DNA of 64,000 nucleotides from Candidatus Palauibacter poriticola (GTDB taxonomy: Bacteria > Gemmatimonadota > Gemmatimonadetes > Palauibacterales > Palauibacteraceae): contig JAAXHJ010000066.1 in assembly GCA_012270965.1 (NCBI GenBank), forward strand, positions 29,183-93,182, written 5' to 3'. Numbering within the stretch: position 1 is the first letter of the stretch; the number at the start of each line of letters is the position of its first letter. The notes under the pieces are model-generated. The model made no database searches. It saw nothing but the letters and a program-made list of their open reading frames with translations, and was not told the origin of the DNA. Below are positions 19,929-30,030 of this stretch, piece by piece. A program made the position numbers and the translations under genes.

Positions 19929-20457
19929 GTGACCTTCGACGAACACGAGATCCGGCGGCGGCTGCGCCTGGGTGAAGACAGCCGCGTGGGATTCAAGGGG
20001 TTCGAGTTCCGCGGCAACCGTCCGATGCGCCCGGAGAGGAGGAGCATCGCCGACGAGCTGGCGGCGTTCGCCAACGCCCGCGGTGGCGTGATGTCCTGCG
20101 GCGTCACTGACTCCGGTCGGGTCCCCGGGATGACGCGCGGCGAGATGGGTGCGCTTGAGGAACTCGTCGTCAACCTCTGTACCGACGCGGTAAGGCCGTC
20201 CATCGAGGTAACCACGTGTCGTGCCGAGGCCGACGGCAGGACGCTTCTTCTCGTCGAAGTTCCGCCCGGCTACGCGCTGCACGAAAGCCCCGGGGGGGGT
20301 CGTTCCGCCGCATTGGCAGTTCCAAGCGCCGGATGACCAGCGACGAGAGCCTGCGTCTCGGGTCACCGACGGCGGCGCCGCCGAACGGCTCATCCGGATC
20401 GTGAGCATCGTCGGCCAGTCCGCGCTCGTCGAATACCGAGTCGCCAGCGGGCCGTAG
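19929..20457 (+). pseudogene. AlbA_2 (Schlafen-like divergent AAA/DNA-binding) domain gene, frameshifted and truncated
   Basis: Frame 1 reads EDSRVGFKGFEF...LAAFANARGGVMSCGVTDSG...LLLVEVPPGYALHESPGG. The conserved continuation SFRRIGSSKRRMTSDESLRL is in frame +2 and VTDGGAAERLIRIVSI...VASGP in frame +1; the first shift is at the C4G8 homopolymer at 20289-20300. Confidence 0.6.
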
Positions 20458-20511
20458 CCCTGTCCGCATGGAGCGGCGAACGACGACACCGGCATGGCGG
20501 CCGGCTCGCCG

Positions 20512-21789
20512 CTATCGGCGTCCCCCGGGTTCGGGGCGCCGCGGTGGGTCGGGGGGGAGGTCGTCCGGGCCGGTGGCGGACGGCGGTTCTCCGAACAGGA
20601 GGCGGACGGCGGACCTCGTGCCGCCCGTCAGGGAGTCGAGGGTGGCGCGCAACTCCTCCCCGCTCAGTCCCTCCAGCTGGATCTTCAGATTCTCCGGCAA
20701 TCGGCGGAAGAGTTGGGCGGTGCGCCGTTCCCGCCACTCGGGACTGGGCTGCCGCCGCGACTCGTCCTCCCCGCCGCGCGAGGCCAGCAGCGGGAGGGCG
20801 AACGCCGTGTCGATCTCGGCCGCGCGCTCGTAGTGAGCTTCGGCCTCCTCCATGTCACCGGCCCGGGCGAGGGCGTTTCCGCGATGGAACGCGGCCCACG
20901 CCTCCATATTTCGCGTCCCCAAGTGGCTGAGGCGAACCACCTCGGTCGACGGCGGCGCACCGGAGAGGTGGGCGGCGAGACGCACCGTAAGCGTGTCCAC
21001 GAGGGCAAACACGTCGTCGCCCCGCGCGAAGTCGGCCGACGCGATGGTCCCGTTGTCGAGTTCGAGCAACTGGGCGTCGATGCGCATGTCCTCGGCCGAC
21101 CCCGTCACGCTGCCCCAGAGCAGCGTGCGGGCACCGCTCCCGCGCGCCACCGTCATCGCCAGAGCCTCCGGGATCTCCTCCTCCTCGGAGACCCCTCCCT
21201 CCATCAGGAGGTCGTACAGACTCTGCCGGCCGACGACGCGCAGACCCGGGAGTTGCGCCAGGTTCGTCGTGAGCAGGTCGGCGAGACCCGAACCGAGCCA
21301 CTCGAGTTCGGTGTCGGGCACATTGTTCCGGAAGGGCAGGACCGCCAGCGAGTTTCGCCCCAGATCGGACGCCGAGCCCGAGAAACTCAGCGCCTCTCCA
21401 CCGCCGCCCACACCGTCCCCGACCGCGGCGGGCGCCGCAATCTCCGCGCCTCCGCCGTTCGCCGGCTCGGCCGTCGCGATCCGGTAGGTGCCGATCGCGC
21501 CCAGGGAGGCCAGGGTGACGAGGAGCCAGGCCTCCGCCCGGCGGATGCGCTGGGGGCCGCGTTCGCCGTGATACCAACCGATGACCAGGAAGGCGGGGAA
21601 CCCGAGGATGCCGAGGAAGACGACCGTGTCGAGAACCTTCCTCGAAAACCCGTAGGTCCCGACGAGGAAGTCGGTGATCTCCACGCCGAGCCAAGCCGCG
21701 CCCACATACACGAGCGCGATCTGCACCATGCGCCGCTTCCGGATCTTCTCCAGAATCGACGCGCCGCTCCCCTCTTTGTTCGTCATCAT
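20512..21789 (-). CDS. membrane-anchored TPR protein with a TolB-N-like periplasmic sensor motif
   Basis: TM segment VQIALVYVGAAWLGVEITDFLV; motif SLAVLPFRNNVPDTELEWLGSGLADLL; TPR-like helices near the C-terminus; starts at MM 21789/21786 (the ORF extends to 21879). Confidence 0.7.
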   Translation of the reverse strand: MMTNKEGSGASILEKIRKRRMVQIALVYVGAAWLGVEITDFLVGTYGFSRKVLDTVVFLGILGFPAFLVIGWYHGERGPQRIRRAEAWLLVTLASLGAIGTYRIATAEPANGGGAEIAAPAAVGDGVGGGGEALSFSGSASDLGRNSLAVLPFRNNVPDTELEWLGSGLADLLTTNLAQLPGLRVVGRQSLYDLLMEGGVSEEEEIPEALAMTVARGSGARTLLWGSVTGSAEDMRIDAQLLELDNGTIASADFARGDDVFALVDTLTVRLAAHLSGAPPSTEVVRLSHLGTRNMEAWAAFHRGNALARAGDMEEAEAHYERAAEIDTAFALPLLASRGGEDESRRQPSPEWRERRTAQLFRRLPENLKIQLEGLSGEELRATLDSLTGGTRSAVRLLFGEPPSATGPDDLPPDPPRRPEPGGRR

Positions 21790-21959
21790 CCGCCCGTCCC
21801 CGTCTCCGTCTCCGTCTCTCGCAGGTACGCTGGTCCGCCGCCGAAGGCTATCGCTAAAGGCTATCGAGTCGTGCGACACCGCCGGAGCGGCGAACGGTTG
21901 CCGCTCCGGCGAGCCACCGAAGCCACGGACGCCGCGGACGCCGCGAGAGCCTCGGGCCG

Positions 21960-24900
21960 TTAGCGGTCGTTCCCTCCGTCGGGCTCATCCCAGAACCCGA
22001 AGCCTTCCTTGCGCAGCACCTCCAGCGGGATCGTGTGTGTTTCGTCGCCGATCGTGATCGCCACGGTGTAGCTTCCCGGATCGGCCAAGCCGCCCCCGCC
22101 GCCCCCGCCGCCGAAGAAGCGGCGGATGGTCGACATGCCGCCCCGCTCGCGGACGGCCTCCCCCACCTGCTGGAAGACGGCGCGCATGGCCGCCGGGTCG
22201 GCACCGCCGGCCGCGCCGCCCGCCATCGCCACCGCGGCGCGCACTCCCCTTCCGCCGCCGCCCCGCGCCGCCTGCCGGCCGGGCTGCGGATAGCGCTCGG
22301 CGGGCCTCTCCTGCCAGCCGCCGGCGCCGCCGCCTCCACCGCCTCCGCCTCCGCCGAACATGCGAATGATCGCGCCCTGGTTACCGCCCTGCATCATCCC
22401 GAGCACCTGGTCCATCGTCTCCCGCGCCACCCCTTCGTGCTCGACGAGCGAGTCTCCCACCGCCTCGTAGAGCCGCGCGGTCCGCAGGCTGTCCAGCCGA
22501 TCCGCCGGCGACGGTTCCCGCGGCGCGCTCCGCCGGTTGAACGTCCACCGTACGCGCTGCACGCCCGCCGAGGCCGGACCGTTGAGCGTCTGCACGGTGT
22601 CGCCGGCCGCGTTCAGGATCGCGATCGAGGCCTGCGGGCGGTTTCCGCCCCGCGCGGCCGCCATACCCGCCGCCATCGCGAAGGCGGGAACCTCCGACGC
22701 GGCAGCCGGAGCCTCCTCCTCTCCGGCCTCCTCTTCGTCAGCCTGCTCCGCGGCCTCCTCGCCCTCGCCCTCCTCCTCGCCCTCTTCCTCGGCCTCTTCC
22801 TCGGCCTCTTCCTCGGCCGCCGCGGCCGCCTCCGCCTCCGCCTCGGCCACCTCAGCGAGCGCGTCCGCTACATCCTCCGGGATGTAGTAGGAGATCTCGG
22901 CCCCGTAGCGTCCCGCGTCCCCCTGGAAGGTGCTCTGCGCGATGAACTCGCCACCCACGGGCGAGTCCCCGAACTGGATCGCCGTCTTGGGCTGGAACAC
23001 CGTCACGGCCTCCGGCAGGCGTCCGCCATCGAGTTGCTGCAGGAGCGAGATGTCGGCCACGAAAATGGAGCGGCCGTGCGTGCCCGCGATGATCTCGCTC
23101 TCGCGCGGGTGGATCTTGAGATCGTGGACCGGCACCGTGGGCAGCCCGTTCATGAAGCGCGTCCACGATCCGCCCCGGTCCGTGGACACGTAGGCCCCCA
23201 CGTCCGTCCCCACGAAGAGGAGGTCCGGGCTCACCGGGTCTTCCCGGATCACGTGCACGAAGTCCGGCGCCCCGGTCGGAAGGTTCGACGAGATCGAGCG
23301 GAAGGTCTCCCCCGCGTCATCGGTCACGTAGACGTACGGCGTGTAGTCGTCGCGCCGGTGGTTGTCGAACGTCACGTAGAAGCGGCTCGGGTCGTGGCTC
23401 GAGGGCTCGATCCGGCTCACGTACGTCCCCTCCGGAACGCCGTCGAAGCGATCCGTGAGTTCGATCCACTCCGCCCCCTCCGGCGTCCGCCACACGCGGC
23501 CATCGTCCGTCCCCGCGTACAGTTCGCCCTCGTTGAGCTTCGACTCGGCGAGGGAGACGATCGTGGCGAAGTTCTCCGCGCCCGTGACGTCCGGCGTGAT
23601 GCCGCCCGTCGTGTTGTACGCGATTTCGATCTTCTCGGGGTCCGCGTAGGTGAGGTCGGCCGAGATCGGCGCCATCTCGTCCGTGTCGTACGTCCACTTC
23701 AGGACGCGGTTCGCCCCAATGTACAGCGTCTGCGGATCGTGGGGCGACAGTTCGAGCGGCGTATTCCAGTTGAACCGCATGTCGTAGAGGGCCGAGTCCC
23801 GCGCCACGAGGCCCTGCAGTTCCTCGATCTGCGCGACGTTGCCCGCCGGGGGATCGTCGGGGTCGTCCCCCGTCAGGATCGCGATCGAGTCGCGCAGCAC
23901 CTGCGTTTGTTCGCGCCAATCGGGATGCTGCAGCTGATGGCGCTCGCCCGTGCGCGTGTTCCGCCAGTAGATCCGCCCCTGCTGCGATTCCCCGAACACG
24001 ATGTCCGGGTTCGTGGGATCCTGCGGCGCGTAGAAGCCGTCGCCGCCCCCGATCGAATACCACATGTGATTGTCGATGGAGCCGCCGGCGCGGGCGCTCG
24101 GCCCGCACCAAGTATAGTTGTCCTGCAGTCCGCCGCACACGCGATAGGGCGTGTCCATGTTATAGCTGACCGCATAGAACTGTCCCATGGGAATGCGGTT
24201 GGGGAACTCGAAGTTGCCGCCGCGATCCCACGTGATCGCGATCCCGCCGTCGTTGCCCAATATGAAGTGATCCGGATCGGTAGGATCCCACCACAGTGCG
24301 TGATAGTCGACGTGTACGCCTTGGGCCGGGTTCCCGACCGTACGACCTCCGTCCCGGGAGAAGAAGAGGGAGGACCAGTAGATGAAGTCGGGATCGTCCG
24401 GCGACACCCAGACGCCGGAATAGTAGAAGGGCCGCGAGTTGTTCGAGTTCATGAACTCCCACGTCTCACCGCCGTCCGCGGAGCGGTACAGGCCGGAGGC
24501 GTGACGATCCCCGTTGTCATCCGCCTCCTCCGGAGCCTCCGCCTCGACCATCGCGTACATGACCTGCGGATAGCTCGGCGCGATCGCGATCTCGAGCCGT
24601 CCCAGCATGGTCTCGGGGAGGCCGTTGCCCTCCACCTTCTCCCATGTGTCGCCGGCGTCCGTGGACTTCCAGATCGCACTCCCCGGGCCGCCGCTCTGAA
24701 AGAAGTACGGACCGCGCACGCGCTCCCAACTCGTCGCCCACAGGATGTCCGGATTCCGTGGGTGCATGTCGATGTCGACGAAGCCCGCCTTGTCGGAGAC
24801 GAAGTTCACGCGCTCCCAAGTGTCGCCGCCGTCCCTCGTGCGGTAGAGTCCGCGCTCCTCGTTGTCGCCCCACGGGTGCCCGAGCGCGGCAACGTACACC

Positions 24901-25382
24901 CAATCGGCCTTCGTCGGGTGGACGACGATGCGGCCGATCGCCTGCGTGTCCTCGAGTCCCTTCAACTCCCACGTGAGCCCGCCGTCGACGGACTTGTAGA
25001 TGCCGCCGCCGGGCGAGATCGAGTTGCGGGAGTCCTCCTCGCCGGTCCCGGCCCACACGATGTCGGGGTTGCTCGGCGAGATCGCGAGGTCGCCCATCGA
25101 GATGACCCGCTCGTTGTCGAACACGGGCCGGAAGGTCGTTCCGTGGTTCGTCGTCTTCCAGATTCCGCTCGTGGCGCCGGCCACGAAGAAGGTTCCCGTC
25201 CCCGGGATCCCCTCGACGTCGGTGACGCGCCCGGCCATGTTCGCCGGGCCGATGGAACGCCACTCCATCTCGGCCATGAAGTCCTCATCGGCCACCGCCT
25301 CCCGGGCGGCCTCTTGGGCGGCCGCCGAGGCGGGGAGGATGACTGTCGCGAAGAAGACGGGAAGAAATGCACGCTTCAGCAT
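21960..25382 (-). CDS. secreted BNR/Asp-box repeat protein (sortilin/Vps10-like beta-propellers) with an acidic and Gly-rich C-terminal tail
   Basis: Signal MLKRAFLPVFFATVILPASAAAQEA; many SxDxGxTW Asp-box repeats (SVDGGLTWE, TRDGGDTWE, STDAGDTWE, SADGGETWE, STDRGGSWT); AGGAG SD; tail with 50-aa poly-E/A and G9-G10 runs. Confidence 0.85.
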   Translation of the reverse strand: MLKRAFLPVFFATVILPASAAAQEAAREAVADEDFMAEMEWRSIGPANMAGRVTDVEGIPGTGTFFVAGATSGIWKTTNHGTTFRPVFDNERVISMGDLAISPSNPDIVWAGTGEEDSRNSISPGGGIYKSVDGGLTWELKGLEDTQAIGRIVVHPTKADWVYVAALGHPWGDNEERGLYRTRDGGDTWERVNFVSDKAGFVDIDMHPRNPDILWATSWERVRGPYFFQSGGPGSAIWKSTDAGDTWEKVEGNGLPETMLGRLEIAIAPSYPQVMYAMVEAEAPEEADDNGDRHASGLYRSADGGETWEFMNSNNSRPFYYSGVWVSPDDPDFIYWSSLFFSRDGGRTVGNPAQGVHVDYHALWWDPTDPDHFILGNDGGIAITWDRGGNFEFPNRIPMGQFYAVSYNMDTPYRVCGGLQDNYTWCGPSARAGGSIDNHMWYSIGGGDGFYAPQDPTNPDIVFGESQQGRIYWRNTRTGERHQLQHPDWREQTQVLRDSIAILTGDDPDDPPAGNVAQIEELQGLVARDSALYDMRFNWNTPLELSPHDPQTLYIGANRVLKWTYDTDEMAPISADLTYADPEKIEIAYNTTGGITPDVTGAENFATIVSLAESKLNEGELYAGTDDGRVWRTPEGAEWIELTDRFDGVPEGTYVSRIEPSSHDPSRFYVTFDNHRRDDYTPYVYVTDDAGETFRSISSNLPTGAPDFVHVIREDPVSPDLLFVGTDVGAYVSTDRGGSWTRFMNGLPTVPVHDLKIHPRESEIIAGTHGRSIFVADISLLQQLDGGRLPEAVTVFQPKTAIQFGDSPVGGEFIAQSTFQGDAGRYGAEISYYIPEDVADALAEVAEAEAEAAAAAEEEAEEEAEEEGEEEGEGEEAAEQADEEEAGEEEAPAAASEVPAFAMAAGMAAARGGNRPQASIAILNAAGDTVQTLNGPASAGVQRVRWTFNRRSAPREPSPADRLDSLRTARLYEAVGDSLVEHEGVARETMDQVLGMMQGGNQGAIIRMFGGGGGGGGGGAGGWQERPAERYPQPGRQAARGGGGRGVRAAVAMAGGAAGGADPAAMRAVFQQVGEAVRERGGMSTIRRFFGGGGGGGGLADPGSYTVAITIGDETHTIPLEVLRKEGFGFWDEPDGGNDR

Positions 25383-25525
25383 GATTCGCGGCTCCTGACC
25401 GTGGTGGTGCTCGTGGCCCTCTCCGCCAACGCTCGTTGACGGGTTCCCGGGACGCAATGCTGCTTCGTGGGCGCACGGGAGTAGACACCCGCGCGTGACC
25501 CGGCGTTTGAGGACTCGAAGGCTCT

Positions 25526-26488
25526 TCAGCTTCCGGGCGGAGGATCGTCGCCCTTCAGGGCGCGGATGCGCCGCACCACGCGGTCGCGCCATGCACACAG
25601 CGCCTCGGTGGCGGATGCTCCGTACGTCTCCTCCATCTCCTCGTGGATGCCGTCGATCACGCGGCCCGAGAACTCGGGGTCCGCTTCAAGCTCCCGCCAC
25701 ATTGCCCGGTACGCGTCGCCGTAGCGCCGGTAGTACTCCCCCGCGCCCCCGTCCGCGTTCGTGTGTCCGGTGCCGAACGGTCCGAGCAGCGCCCACCGCA
25801 GCCCCATCCCGTCCCGGACCACCGTGTCGATCGCCTCCGCGGAGGCCGCGCCCGATCCGTACAGGAAGACGGCCTCCCGGATCAACGCGGCTTGGAGCCG
25901 GTTGAGGAGGAAACCGGCCAGGTAGCGGTTCATCCGCACCGGAGACTGGCCCACGCTCTCGAGAAAGGCGAGCGCGGCAGTCAGTACGCCGGGGTGCGTG
26001 CCCTCCCCGGGAAGGACCTCCACGACCGGGATGACGTGCGGCGGATTCACGGGGTGCGCGACGACGCAACGGCCGGCGCCCGCGAGACCGTCCGCGATCC
26101 GCGACATGTCGTGCGCGGATGTCGAACTGGCCAGAACCGCGCCGGGATCCGCCGCCGCGTCCAGTTCGGCGAAGATCCGCTGCTTGATCGCGAGCGTCTC
26201 CGGCCCGCTCTCCTGCACCCATCCCGCGCCCGGCAGCGCCTCCTCCAGCGTGTCGCAGCGGCGAATCCCCCGCCCTTCCCGGGTGGCGCCCTCGGCATCG
26301 ATGAACCCGAGGGCCTCGTCTTCGTCCGCGGACCCCCGCGCCCAATCGAGCGCGCGCGCCAGCTGCTCCGGGTCGGGGTCGAAGACGCGCGTCTCGCAAC
26401 CGGCCCTCGCGAACACGCGGATCCAACTCCGCCCGATGACTCCCGCCCCGACGACGGCGGCGGTTCGAATCGCGGGCTGGCGGGGCAT
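25526..26488 (-). CDS. 3-hydroxyacyl-CoA dehydrogenase family protein
   Basis: MPRQPAIRTAAVVGAGVIGRSW Rossmann start; the overall 3HCDH N/C layout. Confidence 0.85.
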   Translation of the reverse strand: MPRQPAIRTAAVVGAGVIGRSWIRVFARAGCETRVFDPDPEQLARALDWARGSADEDEALGFIDAEGATREGRGIRRCDTLEEALPGAGWVQESGPETLAIKQRIFAELDAAADPGAVLASSTSAHDMSRIADGLAGAGRCVVAHPVNPPHVIPVVEVLPGEGTHPGVLTAALAFLESVGQSPVRMNRYLAGFLLNRLQAALIREAVFLYGSGAASAEAIDTVVRDGMGLRWALLGPFGTGHTNADGGAGEYYRRYGDAYRAMWRELEADPEFSGRVIDGIHEEMEETYGASATEALCAWRDRVVRRIRALKGDDPPPGS

Positions 26489-26564
26489 GGCCACCGGTCC
26501 CTTGCAACCTGGATGCTGCCGGGTCACGGGCCTGCTTCGTCGGGGAAGCGGGGCCGAAGGGTCA

Positions 26565-26648
26565 TGCCGGAGGAGGGACTCGAACCCTCAAGGGATTGCT
26601 CCCACCGGATTTTGAGTCCGGCGCGTCTGCCAGTTCCGCCACTCCGGC
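26565..26648 (-). tRNA. tRNA-Leu (anticodon CAA)
   Basis: Minus-strand sequence GCCGGAGTGGCGGAACTGGCAGACGCGCCGGACTCAAAATCCGGTGGGAGCAATCCCTTGAGGGTTCGAGTCCCTCCTCCGGC folds as a cloverleaf with a long variable arm and anticodon loop CUCAAAA. Confidence 0.85.
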
Positions 26649-26692
26649 TTGCGAGCGCGGCCCTCAGATCTACAACAGCGGGCCGCGCGCGG

Positions 26693-27967
26693 CTATTGCA
26701 TCTCGTCGAGCGCTTGGTACACCAGCGTGCGCAGCTTCGCGTGATCGTCCACGCCACCCGCCGGGATGAGCTGCGTGAAGTAGACGACCACGAGGTCCTC
26801 CTCCGGGTCCACCCAATAGGTGGAATGGTACGCCCCGCCCCACGCGTACTCGCCGACCGAACCGGGGGTCCCGCGCGCACCGAGATCGGAGAGCACGCTG
26901 AACCCGAGCCCGAACCCGACGCTGCCATCCGGCCGGAACCGGTTCCCAATGTGGTTCACGGTCATGAGTTCGACGCTCTTCGAGGACAGGATGCGCGCCC
27001 CGTCGAGTTCGCCGCCGTTCAGCATCATCTGAAGGAAGCGGGCGTAGTCGTGCGCGGTGGAAAGGAGGCCGGCGCCGCCGGAGAAGCTCGTCCGCGGGCC
27101 ATCGACGTACGCGCCCTGGCCGACCATGCCGCCCGGGTTGGGCGCGGGGGCGAGACCGTCTGCCGACGCCGAGTACACGACGCTCAGCCGGTCGCGCTTC
27201 TCCTTGGGCAGGTAGAAGTGCGTGTCCGCCATGCCCAACGGCTCGAACATCCGACTGCGAAGGAAGCCGTCCAGCGGCTCGCCCGACACTTCCTCCACGA
27301 GCGCGCCGAGGATGTCCGTCGCATAGCCGTACACGAAGCGTTCGCCCGGCTGCGCGTCCATGGGGAGGGCGGCCATGCGTCGTACCGTCTCCCGGATCGG
27401 TTCGTCGCGGTGCGCGAAGTACCAGCCCTGGATCTCCGCCTCCGCCCACAGATCGGCCGCCGGACCGCCCCCGTAACCGATTCCCGCCGTATGGGTGAGA
27501 AGATCCCGGATCGTGATCGGGCGGTTCGCCGGCACCACATCGTAGCCGCCCCCGCCATCCGCGACGGCGACGGTCGTCTCCATGTACTCGGGCAGGTAGC
27601 GGCCGAGCGGATCGGAGATGAGGACTTCTCCCGCCTCCTGCAGCATCATGACCGCGACGCTCACGATCGCCTTCGTCTGCGAGGCGATGCGGAAGATGTC
27701 GTCCGTCTCCATGGGGTCGCCCGCCGCAACGTCCCGGTGACCGACCGCCTCGAGGTAGGAGACCTCGCCCTCGCGCGCGACGAGTGCGACCGCGCCGGCC
27801 AGTTCCCCCTCCTCCACGTAGGACTCCAAGGCGCCGCTGAGCCGCTCGAGCCGACCCGCGTCCGACTCGGCCGGCGGCGACCCCGGGACGCCCGCCACCG
27901 CAAGCGCCACGCCGACCACGAGCACCGGGAGTGCGCCCCACAGGAGGCGCTTGGGCATTCCGTTCAT
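26693..27967 (-). CDS. serine hydrolase (beta-lactamase/transpeptidase-like) with a signal peptide
   Basis: Signal [23 protein letters not shown]; active-site SxxK at RIASQTKAI; downstream YxN-type and HTAGIGYG segments. Confidence 0.85.
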   Translation of the reverse strand: MNGMPKRLLWGALPVLVVGVALAVAGVPGSPPAESDAGRLERLSGALESYVEEGELAGAVALVAREGEVSYLEAVGHRDVAAGDPMETDDIFRIASQTKAIVSVAVMMLQEAGEVLISDPLGRYLPEYMETTVAVADGGGGYDVVPANRPITIRDLLTHTAGIGYGGGPAADLWAEAEIQGWYFAHRDEPIRETVRRMAALPMDAQPGERFVYGYATDILGALVEEVSGEPLDGFLRSRMFEPLGMADTHFYLPKEKRDRLSVVYSASADGLAPAPNPGGMVGQGAYVDGPRTSFSGGAGLLSTAHDYARFLQMMLNGGELDGARILSSKSVELMTVNHIGNRFRPDGSVGFGLGFSVLSDLGARGTPGSVGEYAWGGAYHSTYWVDPEEDLVVVYFTQLIPAGGVDDHAKLRTLVYQALDEMQ

Positions 27968-28037
27968 CCTTCGTCCTCCATCTGCCGGAGTCCCCGCCCC
28001 GTCAGTCGAGCGCGGGGTGCCGGGTGTGCCAGTTCCG

Positions 28038-29753
28038 TCAGTCGAGTGCGGGGTGCCGCGTGTGCCAGTCCGTCGCCGCCTGGAAGGCGTGCGCCACGCT
28101 CAGGATCTTGTCGTCGGCGAACAGATCTCCGATCAGGGTCGTCGTCAGCGGCTGCTCCGCCTCCTCGCCCTCGGGTCCGAGCGGGCCGAAGCCGTACTGG
28201 ACGACCGCCGCGGGGTGTCCCGTCTCGTTCGTGAGCCCCACTTCCCCCGAACCGGTGGCGAACATGTCGAAGCCCTCCATCGCCTCGGCCATGCGCTTCA
28301 TCACGATGAGTCGCCGCCGCTGCGCGTGCACGTAGTCCATCGCCAGACCCTCGCGTCCCCGGCGGAACCGCGTGAAGTCGCGCTCCTCCGCCTCGCCGAG
28401 CCCCTGCGGCACCGGGGGCAGCTCCCCGCCCGGGGCCACGTGGAAGTCGAAGGCCGACGACGACTCGGCACCCAGCGAACTCGCCGCCTGAGCGGGCAGC
28501 TCGCGCATGAGCCGCGGGCGCGCCCCAAGTTCCTCCAGCTTCTCGACGAAGGAGTGCGGCGCGTCCTCGGTGTATCCGATCGAAAGCGCGCCCAAGTCCG
28601 GGCTCCGCTCGAAGTGGAACGGCGTCGTGACGGAGGCGGGGTCCTTCTCGTCCGCGCCGTGGATCTCGTTGAATACGAGCGCGCAGTCCTCGATGGTGCG
28701 GCACATTGGGCCCGTCTTGTCCATGCTCCACGAGAGCACCATGCCCCCGTAGCGGCTCACGCGTCCGAAGGTGGGACGCAAGGCGCTCAGCCCGTTGCGG
28801 CGGCTCGGGGAGACGATCGACCCGCGCGTCTCGGTCCCGATCGAGAACGCGACGCAGCCCGCCGCCGTCGCCGACCCCGGCCCGGCGGAAGACCCGCTCG
28901 ATCCCCAGGCCAGGTTCCACGGATTCAGCGTCCGGCCGCGGTACCAGCGGTCGCCCCGCGCGAACTCTCCCGTCGCGAGCTTCGCGATGAGCACGGCGCC
29001 CGCCGCGCTCAGCCGGCGCACGACCTCCGCATCCTCCTCGATCATCTGAGTCTGGAACGCCGCCGAACCCCACGTCGTGCGCGCCCCGACGGTCGAGAAG
29101 AGGTCCTTCACGCCGTAGGGGATCCCATGCAGGGGGCCGCGCCATTCGCCCGCGCGGATCTCGGCTTCCGCCTGCTCCGCCTCCTCCCGGCCCCGGTCCT
29201 CGAGGATCGTCACCGCGCACAGCAGCACGGGGTCGTACCGCTTCATGCGCTCCATGTAGATGTCGAACAGCTCCGTCGGCGAGACCCGCCGCTCCCTCAC
29301 GAGGGCCGACAGCCGGTGCACGGGGAGGAAGGCGATCCCCTCCTCGGTGGAGGGCACGGGTCCGTCCCAAGCTTCGACTTCGATCGACGTCTTCTCGAAC
29401 GGGTTCTTGCCCGCGCGCCAGTACTTCTCCAGCAGCGCCCCCGTCCCGCCCGGATACGCTTGGAACTGAAGGGCCGGCGGCTCCCCGTTGCCGAGCGGGA
29501 TGACCTCCTCCTGCTCGGCTTCGCGCAGACGCCCCAACTCCGGAGAGCCGGGAGTGCGGGGAATCAACTCCGGAGAGCCGGGAGCGCGGGAAGCCGCCTC
29601 CGGAGCAGCCATCAGAGTGCGGGGATCCAGCGTTCCCGCCGCGGTCGCCGCCGCCGCCACCTTCAGAAAACCCCGCCGGCGAATCGCGCCGCGCGCCGCC
29701 CCGGAGCCCGCTCCGCCCGCTCTCCCGTCCGCCGTATCGTGGTTCCCGGACAC
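28038..29753 (-). CDS. amidase-signature family protein with a Tat signal peptide
   Basis: GTG start with AGGAGG SD; [18 protein letters not shown] twin-arginine signal; AS signature [17 protein letters not shown] plus GIPYGVKD. Confidence 0.85.
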   Translation of the reverse strand: MSGNHDTADGRAGGAGSGAARGAIRRRGFLKVAAAATAAGTLDPRTLMAAPEAASRAPGSPELIPRTPGSPELGRLREAEQEEVIPLGNGEPPALQFQAYPGGTGALLEKYWRAGKNPFEKTSIEVEAWDGPVPSTEEGIAFLPVHRLSALVRERRVSPTELFDIYMERMKRYDPVLLCAVTILEDRGREEAEQAEAEIRAGEWRGPLHGIPYGVKDLFSTVGARTTWGSAAFQTQMIEEDAEVVRRLSAAGAVLIAKLATGEFARGDRWYRGRTLNPWNLAWGSSGSSAGPGSATAAGCVAFSIGTETRGSIVSPSRRNGLSALRPTFGRVSRYGGMVLSWSMDKTGPMCRTIEDCALVFNEIHGADEKDPASVTTPFHFERSPDLGALSIGYTEDAPHSFVEKLEELGARPRLMRELPAQAASSLGAESSSAFDFHVAPGGELPPVPQGLGEAEERDFTRFRRGREGLAMDYVHAQRRRLIVMKRMAEAMEGFDMFATGSGEVGLTNETGHPAAVVQYGFGPLGPEGEEAEQPLTTTLIGDLFADDKILSVAHAFQAATDWHTRHPALD

Positions 29754-29835
29754 TCGCTCCTCCTGTGGCTGAGTTGGGCAGGTCCCGGCTCCGCCCGGGC
29801 AGCCCGGCATTGAGACTGCGGAGGAACGCCCAACC

Positions 29836-29905
29836 CGACAACCCGCCGATGACGCCGACAACCCGCCCCCGACGCCGACAAGCCCGCCCCCGACGCCGAC
29901 AGACC
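29836..29905. repeat. ~4 imperfect ~17-20-bp tandem repeats (gacgccgacaa[c/g]cccgcccc)
   Basis: Read directly in the amidase upstream region. Confidence 0.7.
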
Positions 29906-29980
29906 CGCCGAGGCCGCGATCAAGGCGAGAGGCGGCAGGCGAGGAGGATCTGCGGCGTCGGAGGCTGCACGTCCGCCTCG

Positions 29981-30030
29981 GCGTACAGTAACACAATCAA
30001 ATAAGTAGGTATCCGTTACTTGATCGGTGC
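29981..30030. promoter_or_regulatory. AT-rich divergent promoter/operator region with inverted repeat AGTAAC-N22-GTTACT
   Basis: About 50 bp at roughly 40% GC in a ~70% GC genome, between the divergent amidase and 30057 genes; IR at 29987-29992 and 30015-30020. Confidence 0.35.

Noticed and set aside
18205-19932. 575-aa plus-strand ORF in an alternate frame of the 595-aa gene
   Set aside because: Extreme Arg/Gly/Pro/Ala composition typical of an off-frame GC-rich shadow. The 18080 frame has balanced composition and GC3 bias.
22035-25439. 1134-aa plus-strand ORF
   Set aside because: Antisense to the BNR/sortilin gene, whose Asp-box repeats identify the true frame.
27951-29841. 620-aa and 625-aa ORFs on both strands
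   Set aside because: Alternate frames over the amidase gene. Only the 28038-29753 minus frame has the amidase signature GGSSGSSAG and the Tat signal.
29836-29905. Possible CRISPR-like array
   Set aside because: Only about four short imperfect direct repeats with no spacers of regular length and no cas genes. It is an ordinary tandem repeat.
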